DNA of 64,000 nucleotides, from assembly GCA_964446485.1 (NCBI GenBank), contig CAYUOU010000007.1:7826-71825 (forward strand), given 5' to 3'. Source of the DNA: an uncultured Desulfobacterales bacterium (lineage in GTDB: Bacteria > Desulfobacterota > Desulfobacteria > Desulfobacterales > JBDRRP01). Below the pieces are notes generated by a model, which saw only the letters and a list, made by a program, of their open reading frames with translations, was not told the origin of the DNA and did no database searches. The position numbers and the translations under genes are program-made. Below are positions 18,196 through 28,299 of this stretch, in pieces (the first letter of the stretch is position 1; each line of letters opens with the position of its first letter).

Positions 18196-19976
18196 TCCGT
18201 CTGGTTGGGCGGACACGTCTTCACGGTGCGACACTCATTGAAGAGCGCGTACGGGCAGGTGTCCCGGCAGTAGTCGTGATCGATTTCGCCGAAAAGAACG
18301 GTGTAGGCATCGCCGCGTTTTTTTAGCAGGTACCGCGGGTGCATCTCTTCGATAAACCCTGAGCTGGCGAGAACTTCTTTCACAGGGCCGCGGATCTCCA
18401 TCATTGCCAGCTCGGCACCGCGGGCTTCGACTTCTTCTTTGAGAACACGCAGCTCCTCGACGCCGGTGATGTCGATGAATGCCATGGACTGGAGATCCAG
18501 AAGAAGATATTTTACCGGCGTCTGCTGCGCCTTGAACCGCTCCAGGATGTGCTCGATGGTATACTCGGCATTGGCGAAATAGATGGCGTTGTCCGATCGC
18601 AGCTGGAGGATTTGAGGGCAGCTCGGCGCGTTCGCCAGGTCGGCGTTCAGGAAAACCCCCAGTTCCGGGACCTTTGAAATGCGGACGATCCTCGGGTGCA
18701 TGGTTTTCCAAAGGAAAAACATGAGCGACATCAGTACGCCGAGAAGCAAGGCCTCGTCGGGTTTGGCGAGAAGGGAGAGGATAAACACCGTAACGGCGAC
18801 GATGCCGTCGTCCCGGTTCATTTTCCACAACCGAAATACTTCTCTCGGATGAAATAGCATCATCACTGCGCTGATGACCATTGCGGCCAGGGCCGCTTTG
18901 GGAATGTAGGTGAGGTAGGGCGTCAAAAACAACAGCGCCACGATGACGCTCAAGGACGTCACTGCGGATGAGATACCCGTGCGTGCGCCGGTGGCGAAGC
19001 TGATGGCGGTGCGAGAGAAGGAGCCGCTCACCGGGTAGCACTGGAAGAATGACCCCACCAGATTGGCCATACCTTGCCCGACAAACTCCTGATCCACATC
19101 GAGCTTTTGTTTGGTTTCCGCCGAGATGCTCTTGCCCACCGAGTAGGTCTCGGCAAAGCTGACCAGCGCCAGCACCACGGCCGGCCCCAGCAGGCGGCTA
19201 ATGGTGTCGAATTGAAACGGCGGCATCTCGAACCCCGGCAGGCCGCTGGGGCTCTGGCCAATAATGGCAATGCCCTTGGTATGGAGTTCGAAAGCCACGA
19301 CGGCGCCGGTGACCGTCAGCAGGGCCACCAATGCACCGGGGAAAGTGGCCCGCCATTTTTTCAGGCCGAAGATGATCCCCATGGCGACCATACCCACCGC
19401 CAGTGTTGGCCAGTGCGTTTGCGGCAACGCCATGACGATGTTGAGCACTTTGTGAAACATGTACTCGGTGCGTTCGATACGCACGCCCAGCAGATGGGGC
19501 AGCTGCGTGGAAATGATGATGAGGGCTGCAGCTGAAGTAAACCCTTTGACAGCCGAATGGGAGATAAACGACATGATGATGCCCATTCGAAAAACGCCGG
19601 TGAGCAGGTAAATAACCCCCACCATGAACGATAGCAGGAACGCCAGCCGGATAAACTGGTCTGAACCCGGTTCAGCCAGTGGTGACAGGGTGGTAAGGAC
19701 CAGAAGGCTCATGATGGCAATGGGGCCGGTGGCCAACTGGCGAAGGCTCCCCCACAGTGCGGCGATCATGGGCGTCACAGCGGCGGCGTAGAGGCCGTAC
19801 ACCGGCGGCAGTCCTGCCAGCAGGGCATAGGCCATGCTTTGCGGAATGAGGACGACGGCAACGGTCAAGCCGGCGGTGAAATCCGCCTTCAAATCGCCCC
19901 CCCGATATCCGGAAAACCAGGACAAGAAGGGAAACATGCGTGCGATAAGGGCGGTTGTATTATTGGGGGGAGTCAT
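18183..19976 (-). CDS. SulP-family anion transporter with C-terminal STAS domain and Cys-rich tail
   Basis: GYRGGDLKADFTAGLTVAVVLIPQSMAYALLAGLPPVYGLY (SulP signature), many TM segments and a STAS-like LLDLQSMAFIDITGVEELRVL. The last ~30 aa contain 5 Cys (YCRDTCPYALFNECRTVKTCPPNQTECVP). Confidence 0.9.
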   Translation of the reverse strand: MTPPNNTTALIARMFPFLSWFSGYRGGDLKADFTAGLTVAVVLIPQSMAYALLAGLPPVYGLYAAAVTPMIAALWGSLRQLATGPIAIMSLLVLTTLSPLAEPGSDQFIRLAFLLSFMVGVIYLLTGVFRMGIIMSFISHSAVKGFTSAAALIIISTQLPHLLGVRIERTEYMFHKVLNIVMALPQTHWPTLAVGMVAMGIIFGLKKWRATFPGALVALLTVTGAVVAFELHTKGIAIIGQSPSGLPGFEMPPFQFDTISRLLGPAVVLALVSFAETYSVGKSISAETKQKLDVDQEFVGQGMANLVGSFFQCYPVSGSFSRTAISFATGARTGISSAVTSLSVIVALLFLTPYLTYIPKAALAAMVISAVMMLFHPREVFRLWKMNRDDGIVAVTVFILSLLAKPDEALLLGVLMSLMFFLWKTMHPRIVRISKVPELGVFLNADLANAPSCPQILQLRSDNAIYFANAEYTIEHILERFKAQQTPVKYLLLDLQSMAFIDITGVEELRVLKEEVEARGAELAMMEIRGPVKEVLASSGFIEEMHPRYLLKKRGDAYTVLFGEIDHDYCRDTCPYALFNECRTVKTCPPNQTECVP

Positions 19977-20050
19977 GAATGCCTTCCGGGGTGCGAGGAA
20001 ATAGACCCCAACGCTGCAACGTTGGGGTAGAGAGAACCACGCCGGCGGAA

Positions 20051-20079
20051 AGGCTAAAAGGATATCCCCATTCTGTCAA
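20051..20079 (-). promoter_or_regulatory. Possible sigma70-like promoter for sulP (TTGACA-17 nt-TAGCCT)
   Basis: On the minus strand, TTGACA is at 20079-20074 and TAGCCT at 20056-20051 with a 17-nt spacer. A hairpin CCCCAACG-ctgcaa-CGTTGGGG (20006-20027) lies in the predicted leader. Confidence 0.35.
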
Positions 20080-20255
20080 GCCAGGCGTGGGCGGTTCGGC
20101 AATTTTCCCTAAATGAGACACCCCCTTTTCGATGGCCGGTGACAGCATGCAGGGCCGAGATGCGATCCCGTTCATGGCCGGCGCAGCGCTTTCCGCAGGG
20201 GAATTCATGAACGCTGATGCATCCGGAGACAGCGATCCATCAACGGATTTATTTG

Positions 20256-20403
20256 ATGAAACGGTAAAAAGTAGCAAAAAGAACGATTTCGTAAAATGTT
20301 CGAGATCAAGGCTTGCGAATCCTGAGGAATGCGGCGTACTTACAGTACGCCGCAATGACGAAGGATGACGCGTAACGCAGATATCGGACTTTTTACGGAA
20401 CCG
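20256..20403 (+). mobile_element. MITE-like element, copy C (148 bp), with degenerate flanking duplication
   Basis: It has the same termini and internal palindrome as copies A and B, with roughly 93-95% identity to A by eye. The flanking 9-mers ATTTATTTG and TCTTATTTA share 6 of 9 positions (TTATTT core). Confidence 0.7.
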
Positions 20404-20427
20404 TCTTATTTACGGGTTCCACCGCCG

Positions 20428-20456
20428 TTGACAGGGTATGGTGAAGCCTTTACTAT
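20428..20456 (+). promoter_or_regulatory. Possible sigma70-like promoter for dapL (TTGACA-17 nt-TACTAT)
   Basis: TTGACA at 20428-20433 and TACTAT at 20451-20456, 25 nt downstream of the MITE copy C end and about 105 nt upstream of dapL. Confidence 0.4.
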
Positions 20457-20562
20457 GGTTCTTCGGTTAGCATCGCCGCGCACTGCGGGGCATCCAGGAC
20501 ACGATCACAGGACACAATCACTCGCCGCGGCCCCTTTGCCGCAATGACAGGGACTCTCGTTC

Positions 20563-21789
20563 ATGATCACTATCAACACCCACTACCTGAAACTCAGAGC
20601 ATCCTACCTTTTCTCGGACATCGCCAAGCGGGTCGCCGCCTTTCAGGAAGCCCATCCGGATACGACCGTCATCAAATTGGGCATTGGCGATGTGACACAC
20701 GCCCTGCCACCCTCGGTGGTGAGCGCCTTTCATGCGGCTGTTGACGAAATGGCCGACGACGCCACCTTCAAAGGGTACGGCCCCGAGCAGGGATATCCGT
20801 TTCTTCGAGAAGCCATCGCCGCCATTGACTTTCGATCCCGAGGGGCCGATGTCTCCGCCGAGGAAATCTTTGTCAGTGACGGCGCCAAGTGCGACACGGG
20901 AAACATCCAGGAAATCTTCGCCCTCCAAACGCGCATCGCCATCCCGGACCCGGTCTACCCGGTCTACCTCGACACCAACGTCATGGCCGGGCGTACCGGC
21001 GGCTTCACCAATGGCCGCTATGAAGATATCCACTACCTCGAGAGCACGCCGGCCAACGGTTTCATCCCGGATTTACCGGATGCCCCCGTAGACTTGATCT
21101 ATTTGTGTTTCCCCAACAATCCCACAGGTGCCACCATCGACCGCGGCCAGCTCGCCCGATGGGTGGACTATGCCCGGGACCAGAAGGCCATCATTCTTTT
21201 CGATGCCGCATACGAGGCGTTCATTCGCGATGGCAGCCTGCCCCACAGTATCTACGAAATCCCCGGCGCGCGCGAAGTGGCCATCGAATTCCGGAGCCTG
21301 TCAAAAACGGCCGGGTTCACCGGCACCCGGTGTGCCTACACCGTGGTACCGAAATCCCTCATGGCCTACGATGCCGAGGGGCGTGCACACCCGGTGTGGA
21401 ACCTCTGGTCGCGCCGTCAGTCCACCAAATTCAACGGCGTGTCCTACCCGGTACAACGGGCGGCGGCGGCGGCTTTCACCCCGGAGGGTCAGAGAGAAGT
21501 CCGCAGGCTGGCTGACGGTTATCTCGCCAACGCGGCCATCATTCGCCGCGAAATGTCCGATTTCGGATATACCTGTGCGGGGGGTGTGAATTCTCCCTAT
21601 ATCTGGATCGACGGGAAAAAGGACTCATGGGCGTTCTTTGATGAACTCCTCAACAAGGCGGGTGTGGTCTGCACCCCGGGAGCCGGTTTCGGGGCCTGCG
21701 GTGAGGGCTTCATCCGTATCAGTGCCTTCAATTCGCATGAAAACGTCACCGCCGCCATGCAGCGCATCCGGGAGGCCCTCACCGCTTGA
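20563..21789 (+). CDS. dapL: LL-diaminopimelate aminotransferase
   Basis: N-terminus [46 protein letters not shown] and the PLP-lysine region [15 protein letters not shown]. The length of 408 aa is typical for DapL. Confidence 0.9.
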   Translation: MITINTHYLKLRASYLFSDIAKRVAAFQEAHPDTTVIKLGIGDVTHALPPSVVSAFHAAVDEMADDATFKGYGPEQGYPFLREAIAAIDFRSRGADVSAEEIFVSDGAKCDTGNIQEIFALQTRIAIPDPVYPVYLDTNVMAGRTGGFTNGRYEDIHYLESTPANGFIPDLPDAPVDLIYLCFPNNPTGATIDRGQLARWVDYARDQKAIILFDAAYEAFIRDGSLPHSIYEIPGAREVAIEFRSLSKTAGFTGTRCAYTVVPKSLMAYDAEGRAHPVWNLWSRRQSTKFNGVSYPVQRAAAAAFTPEGQREVRRLADGYLANAAIIRREMSDFGYTCAGGVNSPYIWIDGKKDSWAFFDELLNKAGVVCTPGAGFGACGEGFIRISAFNSHENVTAAMQRIREALTA

Positions 21790-21822
21790 TGCACTCGACA
21801 GCTCCGGAAAGGCGATACCATC

Positions 21823-23340
21823 ATGGGCATCACCCCATCGCGTGACCATTTTGACGTTTGCATCTTCGGGTGCGGGATCGGCGGATTTGCCGGCGCCATG
21901 CGGGCACTGGATCTCGGAAAACATGTCTGCGTCATCGAGGGGGCCGAAATCGGCGGCGCCGGCGTCATGTGGGGTGCGCTGGCGTCCAAGACCATGTGGG
22001 AGTTGGCCAAGGACTACAACATCGCCGCCCAAATCGGCCGGGGATATCGCAGCACCGATCTCACCGTGAATTACGGGGCGCTGCGGGCATCGGTCATCCA
22101 AGCCGTCGAAGAAAAGCAGCAGCAGATGCTATCCCAACTGGAAACCTATTCCCCCCGACGCTATGAGGGGCCGGGCTCAATCACCTACAAGCGTGGATGG
22201 GGGGCTTTCGAAGGCCCCGGAAAGGCGCGCGTTACCGACCATGAAGGTGCGACGACAGTCATCACCGCCGATCACTTTCTCATCGCCACCGGATCATCGC
22301 CCAGGCAGTTTCCAGGCATCCCAGTGGATCAGCGGCGTATTTTCGACTCCAACGGCATTCTCAACCTGGCGGCATTTCCCAAGCGCCTCATGATCATCGG
22401 CGCCGGCATCATCGGCTGCGAATACGCCACCATCTTCTCCAATCTCAACCAAACCCAGGTTTATCTGGTAGACTATGCCGAACGGATCATCCCCTTTGAA
22501 GATGACGACGTGAGCGACTTTGTCAGCACCAATCTGGCAGCAAACGGGGTCAAAATCTACCATTCCGCCGTGCTCAAAGACATCATCCATCACGATGCGC
22601 ATATGGATGTGCTGCTCGACTTCAATGATGGCCGGTCGAAGGTGGTGAAAGTGGACGCGGTGTTGATCTCCATCGGTCGCGTGCCGAATCTCGCGGGGCT
22701 GAATCTGGAGGCCGTGGGCATCATGCCAAATGACCGCGGATTCATCGAGATAGATGACAACTGCAGGGTGACAAAGGCCATTTACGCCTCGGGGGATATT
22801 ACGCAACACCCCGCGCTGGTCAATCTGGCTGAGACGGAAAGCCGATTTGCCGTAAAAGCCATGTTCGATGCCGTCAAATGGCCCCTGCGCTACGACAATA
22901 TGTCTACGGTGATGTTCTTCAAGCCGGCGGTGGCCGCCGTCGGATTCAATGAGCGCATGTGCCAGAATAAAAAGATCCCCTATCGCGTGGCCCATTATTC
23001 AAACGCCTTGCTCAGCCGGGCCATCGCCATGCGCGCCACCAATGGTTTCGTGAAAATCATCGTCAGCGACAACGAAGAGCAAAAAATTCTGGGCATGCGC
23101 GCCGCCGGTCCCCAGGCATCCACCACCATCATGTCCATCGCCCTGCTGATGGACCAGGAGAAAGGCATCCGCGACGTTCTCAAGTCGGTTCATCCCCACC
23201 CCACCATGAGCGAAGGCATTCAGGAATGTCTGCGGGTACTGCTGAAAAAATCCGTCTACAAGCACCGGGCCTTCCCCGAACTGATCAAGGTGCGCCGGTG
23301 GCACCCGGATACCGGCTTCACCGCCGACAACGCCGTGTGA
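21823..23340 (+). CDS. FAD/NAD(P)-dependent pyridine nucleotide-disulfide oxidoreductase family protein (Lpd/SthA-like) lacking the redox-active Cys pair
   Basis: GxGxxG (FGCGIGGFAGA), a second Rossmann fold (IIGAGIIGCEYA) and a C-terminal dimerisation region with HPHPTMSEG. The position of GGTCLNVGCIPSK reads GGAGVMWGALASK. Confidence 0.8.
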   Translation: MGITPSRDHFDVCIFGCGIGGFAGAMRALDLGKHVCVIEGAEIGGAGVMWGALASKTMWELAKDYNIAAQIGRGYRSTDLTVNYGALRASVIQAVEEKQQQMLSQLETYSPRRYEGPGSITYKRGWGAFEGPGKARVTDHEGATTVITADHFLIATGSSPRQFPGIPVDQRRIFDSNGILNLAAFPKRLMIIGAGIIGCEYATIFSNLNQTQVYLVDYAERIIPFEDDDVSDFVSTNLAANGVKIYHSAVLKDIIHHDAHMDVLLDFNDGRSKVVKVDAVLISIGRVPNLAGLNLEAVGIMPNDRGFIEIDDNCRVTKAIYASGDITQHPALVNLAETESRFAVKAMFDAVKWPLRYDNMSTVMFFKPAVAAVGFNERMCQNKKIPYRVAHYSNALLSRAIAMRATNGFVKIIVSDNEEQKILGMRAAGPQASTTIMSIALLMDQEKGIRDVLKSVHPHPTMSEGIQECLRVLLKKSVYKHRAFPELIKVRRWHPDTGFTADNAV

Positions 23341-23410
23341 ACGATCCGCCGCGCCGGGCGGCACTGCTTTCGATGGAATAACATCATGCCCTCGGTTTGA
23401 GGCGTTCGAG

Positions 23411-23824
23411 ATGGCGCTTTCCCGCAACCAGATGATCGTGTCTTCAGTATTTCTCGTCGTTGCCATGGGGACGGTGGTAGCCATGTACTATCGGGCGACA
23501 ACCGGTGGGTTTGAAGAACGCCTCAAGGAGCACCGGCAACGGGCCGAGGCGACCCAGTCGGCAGAAAAAACGACGGTGCCGGGCGATCGGGTGGTATTGA
23601 TCAAAGACGAACCGCTCGTCATGGGACGTGTGAAGCTGGTATACCGGGGAGTGTCCGATGACCGCATTCACCTCGACATCTACCTGCTGGACCTGGATCC
23701 AGCTTATCCGTACCCCCGGCATCTGACGAAGGACGAGGCCGGAAAAAGCATCCATATAGGGTCACGGTTCTACCGCCTTCACGCGGTCACCCGGAAATCT
23801 CTGACCCTGGTATTCGCCAACTGA
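23411..23824 (+). CDS. Hypothetical N-terminally membrane-anchored protein
   Basis: 137-aa ORF with one N-terminal hydrophobic helix (IVSSVFLVVAMGTVVAMYY). No family recognised. Confidence 0.55.
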   Translation: MALSRNQMIVSSVFLVVAMGTVVAMYYRATTGGFEERLKEHRQRAEATQSAEKTTVPGDRVVLIKDEPLVMGRVKLVYRGVSDDRIHLDIYLLDLDPAYPYPRHLTKDEAGKSIHIGSRFYRLHAVTRKSLTLVFAN

Positions 23825-23858
23825 CAGGCCTTGAACAACGAATCGAGAGAGGTGCCCC

Positions 23859-25502
23859 ATGCCCATCCACGAACTGGCCGGAAAAATCGCGCCGATATCG
23901 CTGCTGGCCAATATCCCGAGACTCGTCTCCGCCTACTACACCAACAAACCGGATTTCGCCGATGTCGCGCAACAGATCGCTTTCGGCACCTCCGGGCACC
24001 GGGGCTCCTCATTGAAAAACAGTTTCAATGAAGACCACATTTTGGCGGTGAGTCAGGCCATCGTTGAATACCGCGCCGAGCAGGGCATTGACGGGCCGCT
24101 GTTCCTGGGTATGGATACCCACGCCCTGTCCGAGCCGGCTACGGTCAGTGCACTCGAAGTGTTTGCGGCCAACGAGGTTACCGTCAGGATTGACCGGCTT
24201 CGGCGTTTTACGCCGACCCCGGTCATCTCCCATGCCATTCTCAATGCCAATCGCGACCGTGTCAGCGGCCTCGCCGATGGCGTTGTCATCACCCCCTCTC
24301 ACAATCCTCCGGAGGACGGCGGTTTTAAATACAATCCTCCCGAAGGCGGCCCTGCCGGGACCGACACCACCCGGCGCATCGCTCGGAGGGCCAACACCAT
24401 CCTTGAGGAGCGCCTGCGCCCGGTGAAACGAATCCCCATCGAAAGGGCGCTGCGCGCTGACACGACCATCGCCCATGATTACATCACCCCGTATGTAGAC
24501 GATCTCGCCGAGGTGCTGGACATGGCAGCCATCGCCGCATCCGGGCTCAAGCTCGGGGTGGACCCGCTCGGCGGGGCGGCCATCGATTTCTGGGAGCCCA
24601 TCGCCGCCCGCTACGGGATTGACATCGACATCGTCAATGCCGACACGGACCCGAGGTTTGCTTTCATGACCGTGGATAAGGACGGAAAGATCCGCATGGA
24701 CTGTTCCTCCCCGTATGCCATGCAGGGGCTCATCGACCTGAAAGACCGCTTCGATATCGCCTTCGGAAACGACACCGATGTCGACCGGCATGGCATCGTG
24801 ACCCAGAGCGCGGGGCTTCTCAATCCCAACCACTACCTCACCGTGGCCATCTGGTATCTCTTCCAAAATCGCCCCGGCTGGCATCCGTCGGCTGCAGTGG
24901 GCAAGACACTAGTTTCCACATCCATGATCGACCGGGTGGCGGCGTCTTTAGGCAAGGCGGTCAGCGAAGTTCCCGTGGGATTCAAGTGGTTCGTGGACGG
25001 TCTGTTGAGCGGAGGATACGGATTCGGCGGCGAAGAAAGTGCCGGCGCCGCGTTTTTGCGCCGAAACGGAAAGGTCTGGACCACCGACAAGGACGGCATC
25101 ATCATGGCCCTCCTGGCCGCCGAAATCATGGCCAAGACCGGGCGGGACCCAGGAGCAATTTACACCACGCTGGAGGCCCAATTCGGGGCGCCGGCCTACG
25201 CGCGCATCGATGCACCGGCCAACCCCGAGCAGAAAAAAATTCTCGCCAACCTGTCGGCCGATATGATCACCGCCAAGACGTTGGCAGGAGAACCCATTGC
25301 CGCCGTCCTCACCCACGCACCGGGCAATGGGCAGCCCATCGGCGGACTCAAGGTTGCCACCGAGAACGGCTGGTTCGCCGCGCGACCCTCGGGCACCGAA
25401 GACATTTACAAGATTTATGCGGAGAGCTTCAACGGAAAAGACCACCTTGCGGCCATTCAGCAGGAGGCTCAGGCAATCGTCACCAATGCGTTGAAGGCAT
25501 AA
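23859..25502 (+). CDS. pgm: Phosphoglucomutase, alpha-D-glucose phosphate-specific
   Basis: FGTSGHRG, the active-site loop [15 protein letters not shown], and [10 protein letters not shown]. The length of 547 aa matches Pgm. Confidence 0.92.
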   Translation: MPIHELAGKIAPISLLANIPRLVSAYYTNKPDFADVAQQIAFGTSGHRGSSLKNSFNEDHILAVSQAIVEYRAEQGIDGPLFLGMDTHALSEPATVSALEVFAANEVTVRIDRLRRFTPTPVISHAILNANRDRVSGLADGVVITPSHNPPEDGGFKYNPPEGGPAGTDTTRRIARRANTILEERLRPVKRIPIERALRADTTIAHDYITPYVDDLAEVLDMAAIAASGLKLGVDPLGGAAIDFWEPIAARYGIDIDIVNADTDPRFAFMTVDKDGKIRMDCSSPYAMQGLIDLKDRFDIAFGNDTDVDRHGIVTQSAGLLNPNHYLTVAIWYLFQNRPGWHPSAAVGKTLVSTSMIDRVAASLGKAVSEVPVGFKWFVDGLLSGGYGFGGEESAGAAFLRRNGKVWTTDKDGIIMALLAAEIMAKTGRDPGAIYTTLEAQFGAPAYARIDAPANPEQKKILANLSADMITAKTLAGEPIAAVLTHAPGNGQPIGGLKVATENGWFAARPSGTEDIYKIYAESFNGKDHLAAIQQEAQAIVTNALKA

Positions 25503-25643
25503 AACATCATCAGGACTGCATGCCAATAGCCGCAGGCATTACAGTGCGTTGAGATGCCCCGGTCGAAAGCCCGTAAATTCCCTCGGATGTCGTCCCAAGC
25601 GTAGCGGGGGGTCTGTGTGTTAATCAGAAAACGCATTAGAAAA

Positions 25644-25670
25644 GGCGATGCGTGTCGCATCGCCTTTTTT
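25644..25670. terminator. Rho-independent terminator, potentially bidirectional
   Basis: GGCGATGCG-tgt-CGCATCGCC (9-bp GC-rich stem) is followed by TTTTTT on the plus strand. On the minus strand the same stem is followed by TTTTCT. It lies between the convergent pgm gene and the 70-aa ORF. Confidence 0.6.
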
Positions 25671-25712
25671 ACTACGCGCACCCGCCCCCATCAGGCGGAA
25701 AAATATCAAGGG

Positions 25713-25925
25713 CTAAACAGTGGAACGGTCTGTCTTCAGGTCCGCACAATCCATGGAAAGCGCGGCCATGAGTTCGATGATTCGCTCGTCTTTGGTTTTG
25801 ATGTGCGTAAACGGTTCGTGAACGAATCCTTCCCTGATGGTGGTAAGCTTCTTTTGGAACAGCTGATATTCATCTGTCCCGCCAAAGCATTTATAAATAT
25901 AATACCAATCTTGAGGATTTTGCAT
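25713..25925 (-). CDS. Hypothetical 70-aa protein in a locally low-GC segment
   Basis: SD AAGAGG 7 nt upstream of the ATG. The composition is protein-like (MQNPQDWYYIYKCFGGTDEYQLF...). It is co-oriented with and downstream of the 740-aa repeat protein and the giant gene. Confidence 0.5.
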   Translation of the reverse strand: MQNPQDWYYIYKCFGGTDEYQLFQKKLTTIREGFVHEPFTHIKTKDERIIELMAALSMDCADLKTDRSTV

Positions 25926-26076
25926 ACCGGTACCTCTTTTCAGCGTGAGGAATCGAGCGTGAGGATAAGTTTGAATTTGTACCAGGTTCAGCCGACAACA
26001 TCAAGATGTGCGACACGCCAATGATGCCCTATCGCAACACTAAGAGGTATACTATGCATGAATTGTGAGAACATCA

Positions 26077-28299
26077 TTAGCGGAAGGTAACGAAATCATT
26101 GTTACTCGCCGTGCCGATGAAACATCCGCCCCCACCACCGCCACCGCCGCCGCCCACCGTGGGAGGAATGGTTCTGGCGACCCTCAGGTCGCCGTTGGCG
26201 GCATCGTAGTAGCTGATATGCGTCCTGCCATAGACGTCCCGGGCGATGCTGGTGTATTCCCCCACCATGCCCTCGGCGCCGTCCACGGTGGTCGAGCCCC
26301 ATTGACCGCTGGCGTCGAGCACAGCAATTTTCAACGCCCCGTTGGTGGCGTCATAATAGCTGATCGCCGGGGCGCCGTTGATGAGCAGGATCGCCGTGTG
26401 CAGGCCCACCACATCCGTGCCGCCATCATTGGTATCTGCCACCGTGGTGAGATTCCATCCGCCAGCCCCGTCGCCCGCCGCGTATTTCAGATCGCCGTTG
26501 GCGAAGTCGAAATAGCTGATATGGGGCTTGTTGCCGCTGCCCACCGTGATACCCGAGTATTGCCCAACATCGGTGTCGGTATCCACCGCGGCAATGGTCC
26601 AGCTGCCTGCAGTGCCGCTGGCATATTTCAGGTTCCCATTGGTGATGTCATAGTAGCTGATGTGAACGGTGTCGGTGGCGTCCACGGTGATGGCGGTGTA
26701 CCAGCCAATATTCTCACCGGGCAATGAGCCGATGGGTGGATCCACAAACTCGTCGATCCATGCCCCAGTAGCGTTAGTTGCATATTTGAGCGCGCCGTTG
26801 GTGGCGTCATAGTAGCTGATGTGCGCACGGCCTGCGCTGTCCATGGCGATGGACGTGTAAGATCCAACGAAACCGGTGCTGTCCACGGTGGTCAACACCC
26901 ATGCACCCGAAGCATTGGTCGCGTATTTGAGGTCGTCATTGTCCAGGTCAAAGTAGCTGATGTGGAGATTATTGCCGCTGTCAATGGCAATGTCCGCGTA
27001 GCGCCCCACGTCGCCGACGGTGTCCACCGTCACGGCGACCCAGGGTCCGGTGACGTTGGTGGCATATTTCAGGTCTTTGTTGAGGACATCGTAATAGGCC
27101 ACATGGGCAAAACCCCCGGAGTCGGTCTCGATGCCAGTGTAGCGCCCCACATCCCCGGCGGTCTCCACGACAACCGGTGCCGTGAACGGATTGGTGATGT
27201 ATTTGAGACGGAAGGCAGTGTTGTCCAGGTAGCTGATATGAACCACGGGGTTGCCCAGGGTATCTGTGGACAGCGCAAGGGCTGCGTTATTCCCCACATT
27301 GCCACTGCTGTCCAATTGGGCGTTCACCCAGATGTTGGGATTCGGAAAGTTCGTGGGTGTGTTCGTGGCATATTTCAGGGCGCCGCCGGTGGCGTCGTAG
27401 TAAGCGATGTGCGCTTTTAAAGAGTCGTCGATGGCGATGGAACTATATCTGCCAACATCGTTGGCACCGCCGTTGTCCACAGTTTCAGGTGCCGACCACG
27501 CACCGAATGTCCCGGCCGTATATTTCAGGTCTCCATTGGTTCCATCGTAGTAGCTGATATAGGCCTTATCGGCGCCGTCCAACGCGATGGCGGCGTATTG
27601 GCCCACATTGCCCGGTGAATCGACCGTTTCGGCGGCCCACCCACCCGAGGCATTGGTGGCGTATTTGAGATCGAAATTATCCGCATCGTAGTATGCGATG
27701 TGCGCCCGATCCGCAGTGTCCAGGGCAATGGTGCTGAACTGCCCCACATCGCCTGCTGTGTCCACTGTCTCAAGGGTCCAGGCTCCGGTGGGACTGGGCG
27801 CCGTCGCATGTTTCAAATCCCCGTTAGAAACATCGTAGTAGCTGATATGAATGGCACCGGTGCTGTCCAATGAAATGGACGTGTAGGTACCGACGTTTCC
27901 GGAAGCATCCACGACGGTCTGCCGCCACGTTCCGGATTGATTCGTTGCGTATTTTAGATTCTGGTTGGCGGCATCGTAGTAGCTGATATGAAGCTTGTCG
28001 CTGCCGTCTGCGGCGAGGCTCGCATGGGTGCCCACGCGAGAGGCCGCATCCGCGGTTTCCTGCCGCCACACGGCACCGGTGAAGTAGGCATGGTAGAGTT
28101 GGTCCTGACCGTAGACGATGTGGGGGTTGCCGACGCTGTCAACGGCAATGGATCTCGGCGTCAGTTCGCTGAACTGCCGGGGCGCATCCGCCAATTGGAT
28201 ATCCCAGTTTTCCGCCATGACCATTGCCGAGCCCAGCCCCAATAGGCCCATTATTATGGCCAGGCACATCGTCAGTCGATACCGGCTAAATACACCCAC
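26077..28299 (-). CDS. Secreted 14-repeat (propeller-like) protein with poly-Gly linker and C-terminal CFIGTA motif
   Basis: GTG start with AGGAGA 6 nt upstream and a signal peptide MCLAIIMGLLGLGSAMVMA/EN. Fourteen units of ~46 aa follow the pattern VD..G.VG.Y.SIA.DS.G..HISYYD..NG.LKYATN. It ends in G10-CFIGTASNNDFVTFR. Confidence 0.8.
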   Translation of the reverse strand: MGVFSRYRLTMCLAIIMGLLGLGSAMVMAENWDIQLADAPRQFSELTPRSIAVDSVGNPHIVYGQDQLYHAYFTGAVWRQETADAASRVGTHASLAADGSDKLHISYYDAANQNLKYATNQSGTWRQTVVDASGNVGTYTSISLDSTGAIHISYYDVSNGDLKHATAPSPTGAWTLETVDTAGDVGQFSTIALDTADRAHIAYYDADNFDLKYATNASGGWAAETVDSPGNVGQYAAIALDGADKAYISYYDGTNGDLKYTAGTFGAWSAPETVDNGGANDVGRYSSIAIDDSLKAHIAYYDATGGALKYATNTPTNFPNPNIWVNAQLDSSGNVGNNAALALSTDTLGNPVVHISYLDNTAFRLKYITNPFTAPVVVETAGDVGRYTGIETDSGGFAHVAYYDVLNKDLKYATNVTGPWVAVTVDTVGDVGRYADIAIDSGNNLHISYFDLDNDDLKYATNASGAWVLTTVDSTGFVGSYTSIAMDSAGRAHISYYDATNGALKYATNATGAWIDEFVDPPIGSLPGENIGWYTAITVDATDTVHISYYDITNGNLKYASGTAGSWTIAAVDTDTDVGQYSGITVGSGNKPHISYFDFANGDLKYAAGDGAGGWNLTTVADTNDGGTDVVGLHTAILLINGAPAISYYDATNGALKIAVLDASGQWGSTTVDGAEGMVGEYTSIARDVYGRTHISYYDAANGDLRVARTIPPTVGGGGGGGGGGCFIGTASNNDFVTFR

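Noticed and set aside
14436-20547. Small ORFs sharing identical peptides (MTRNADIGLFTEPS..., ...VKSPISALRVILRHGGVL) at 14436-14681, 14461-14673, 16275-16511, 20365-20547 and 19960-20355.
   Set aside because: The shared peptides are translations of the repeated MITE DNA in different contexts and orientations. This is not a gene family.
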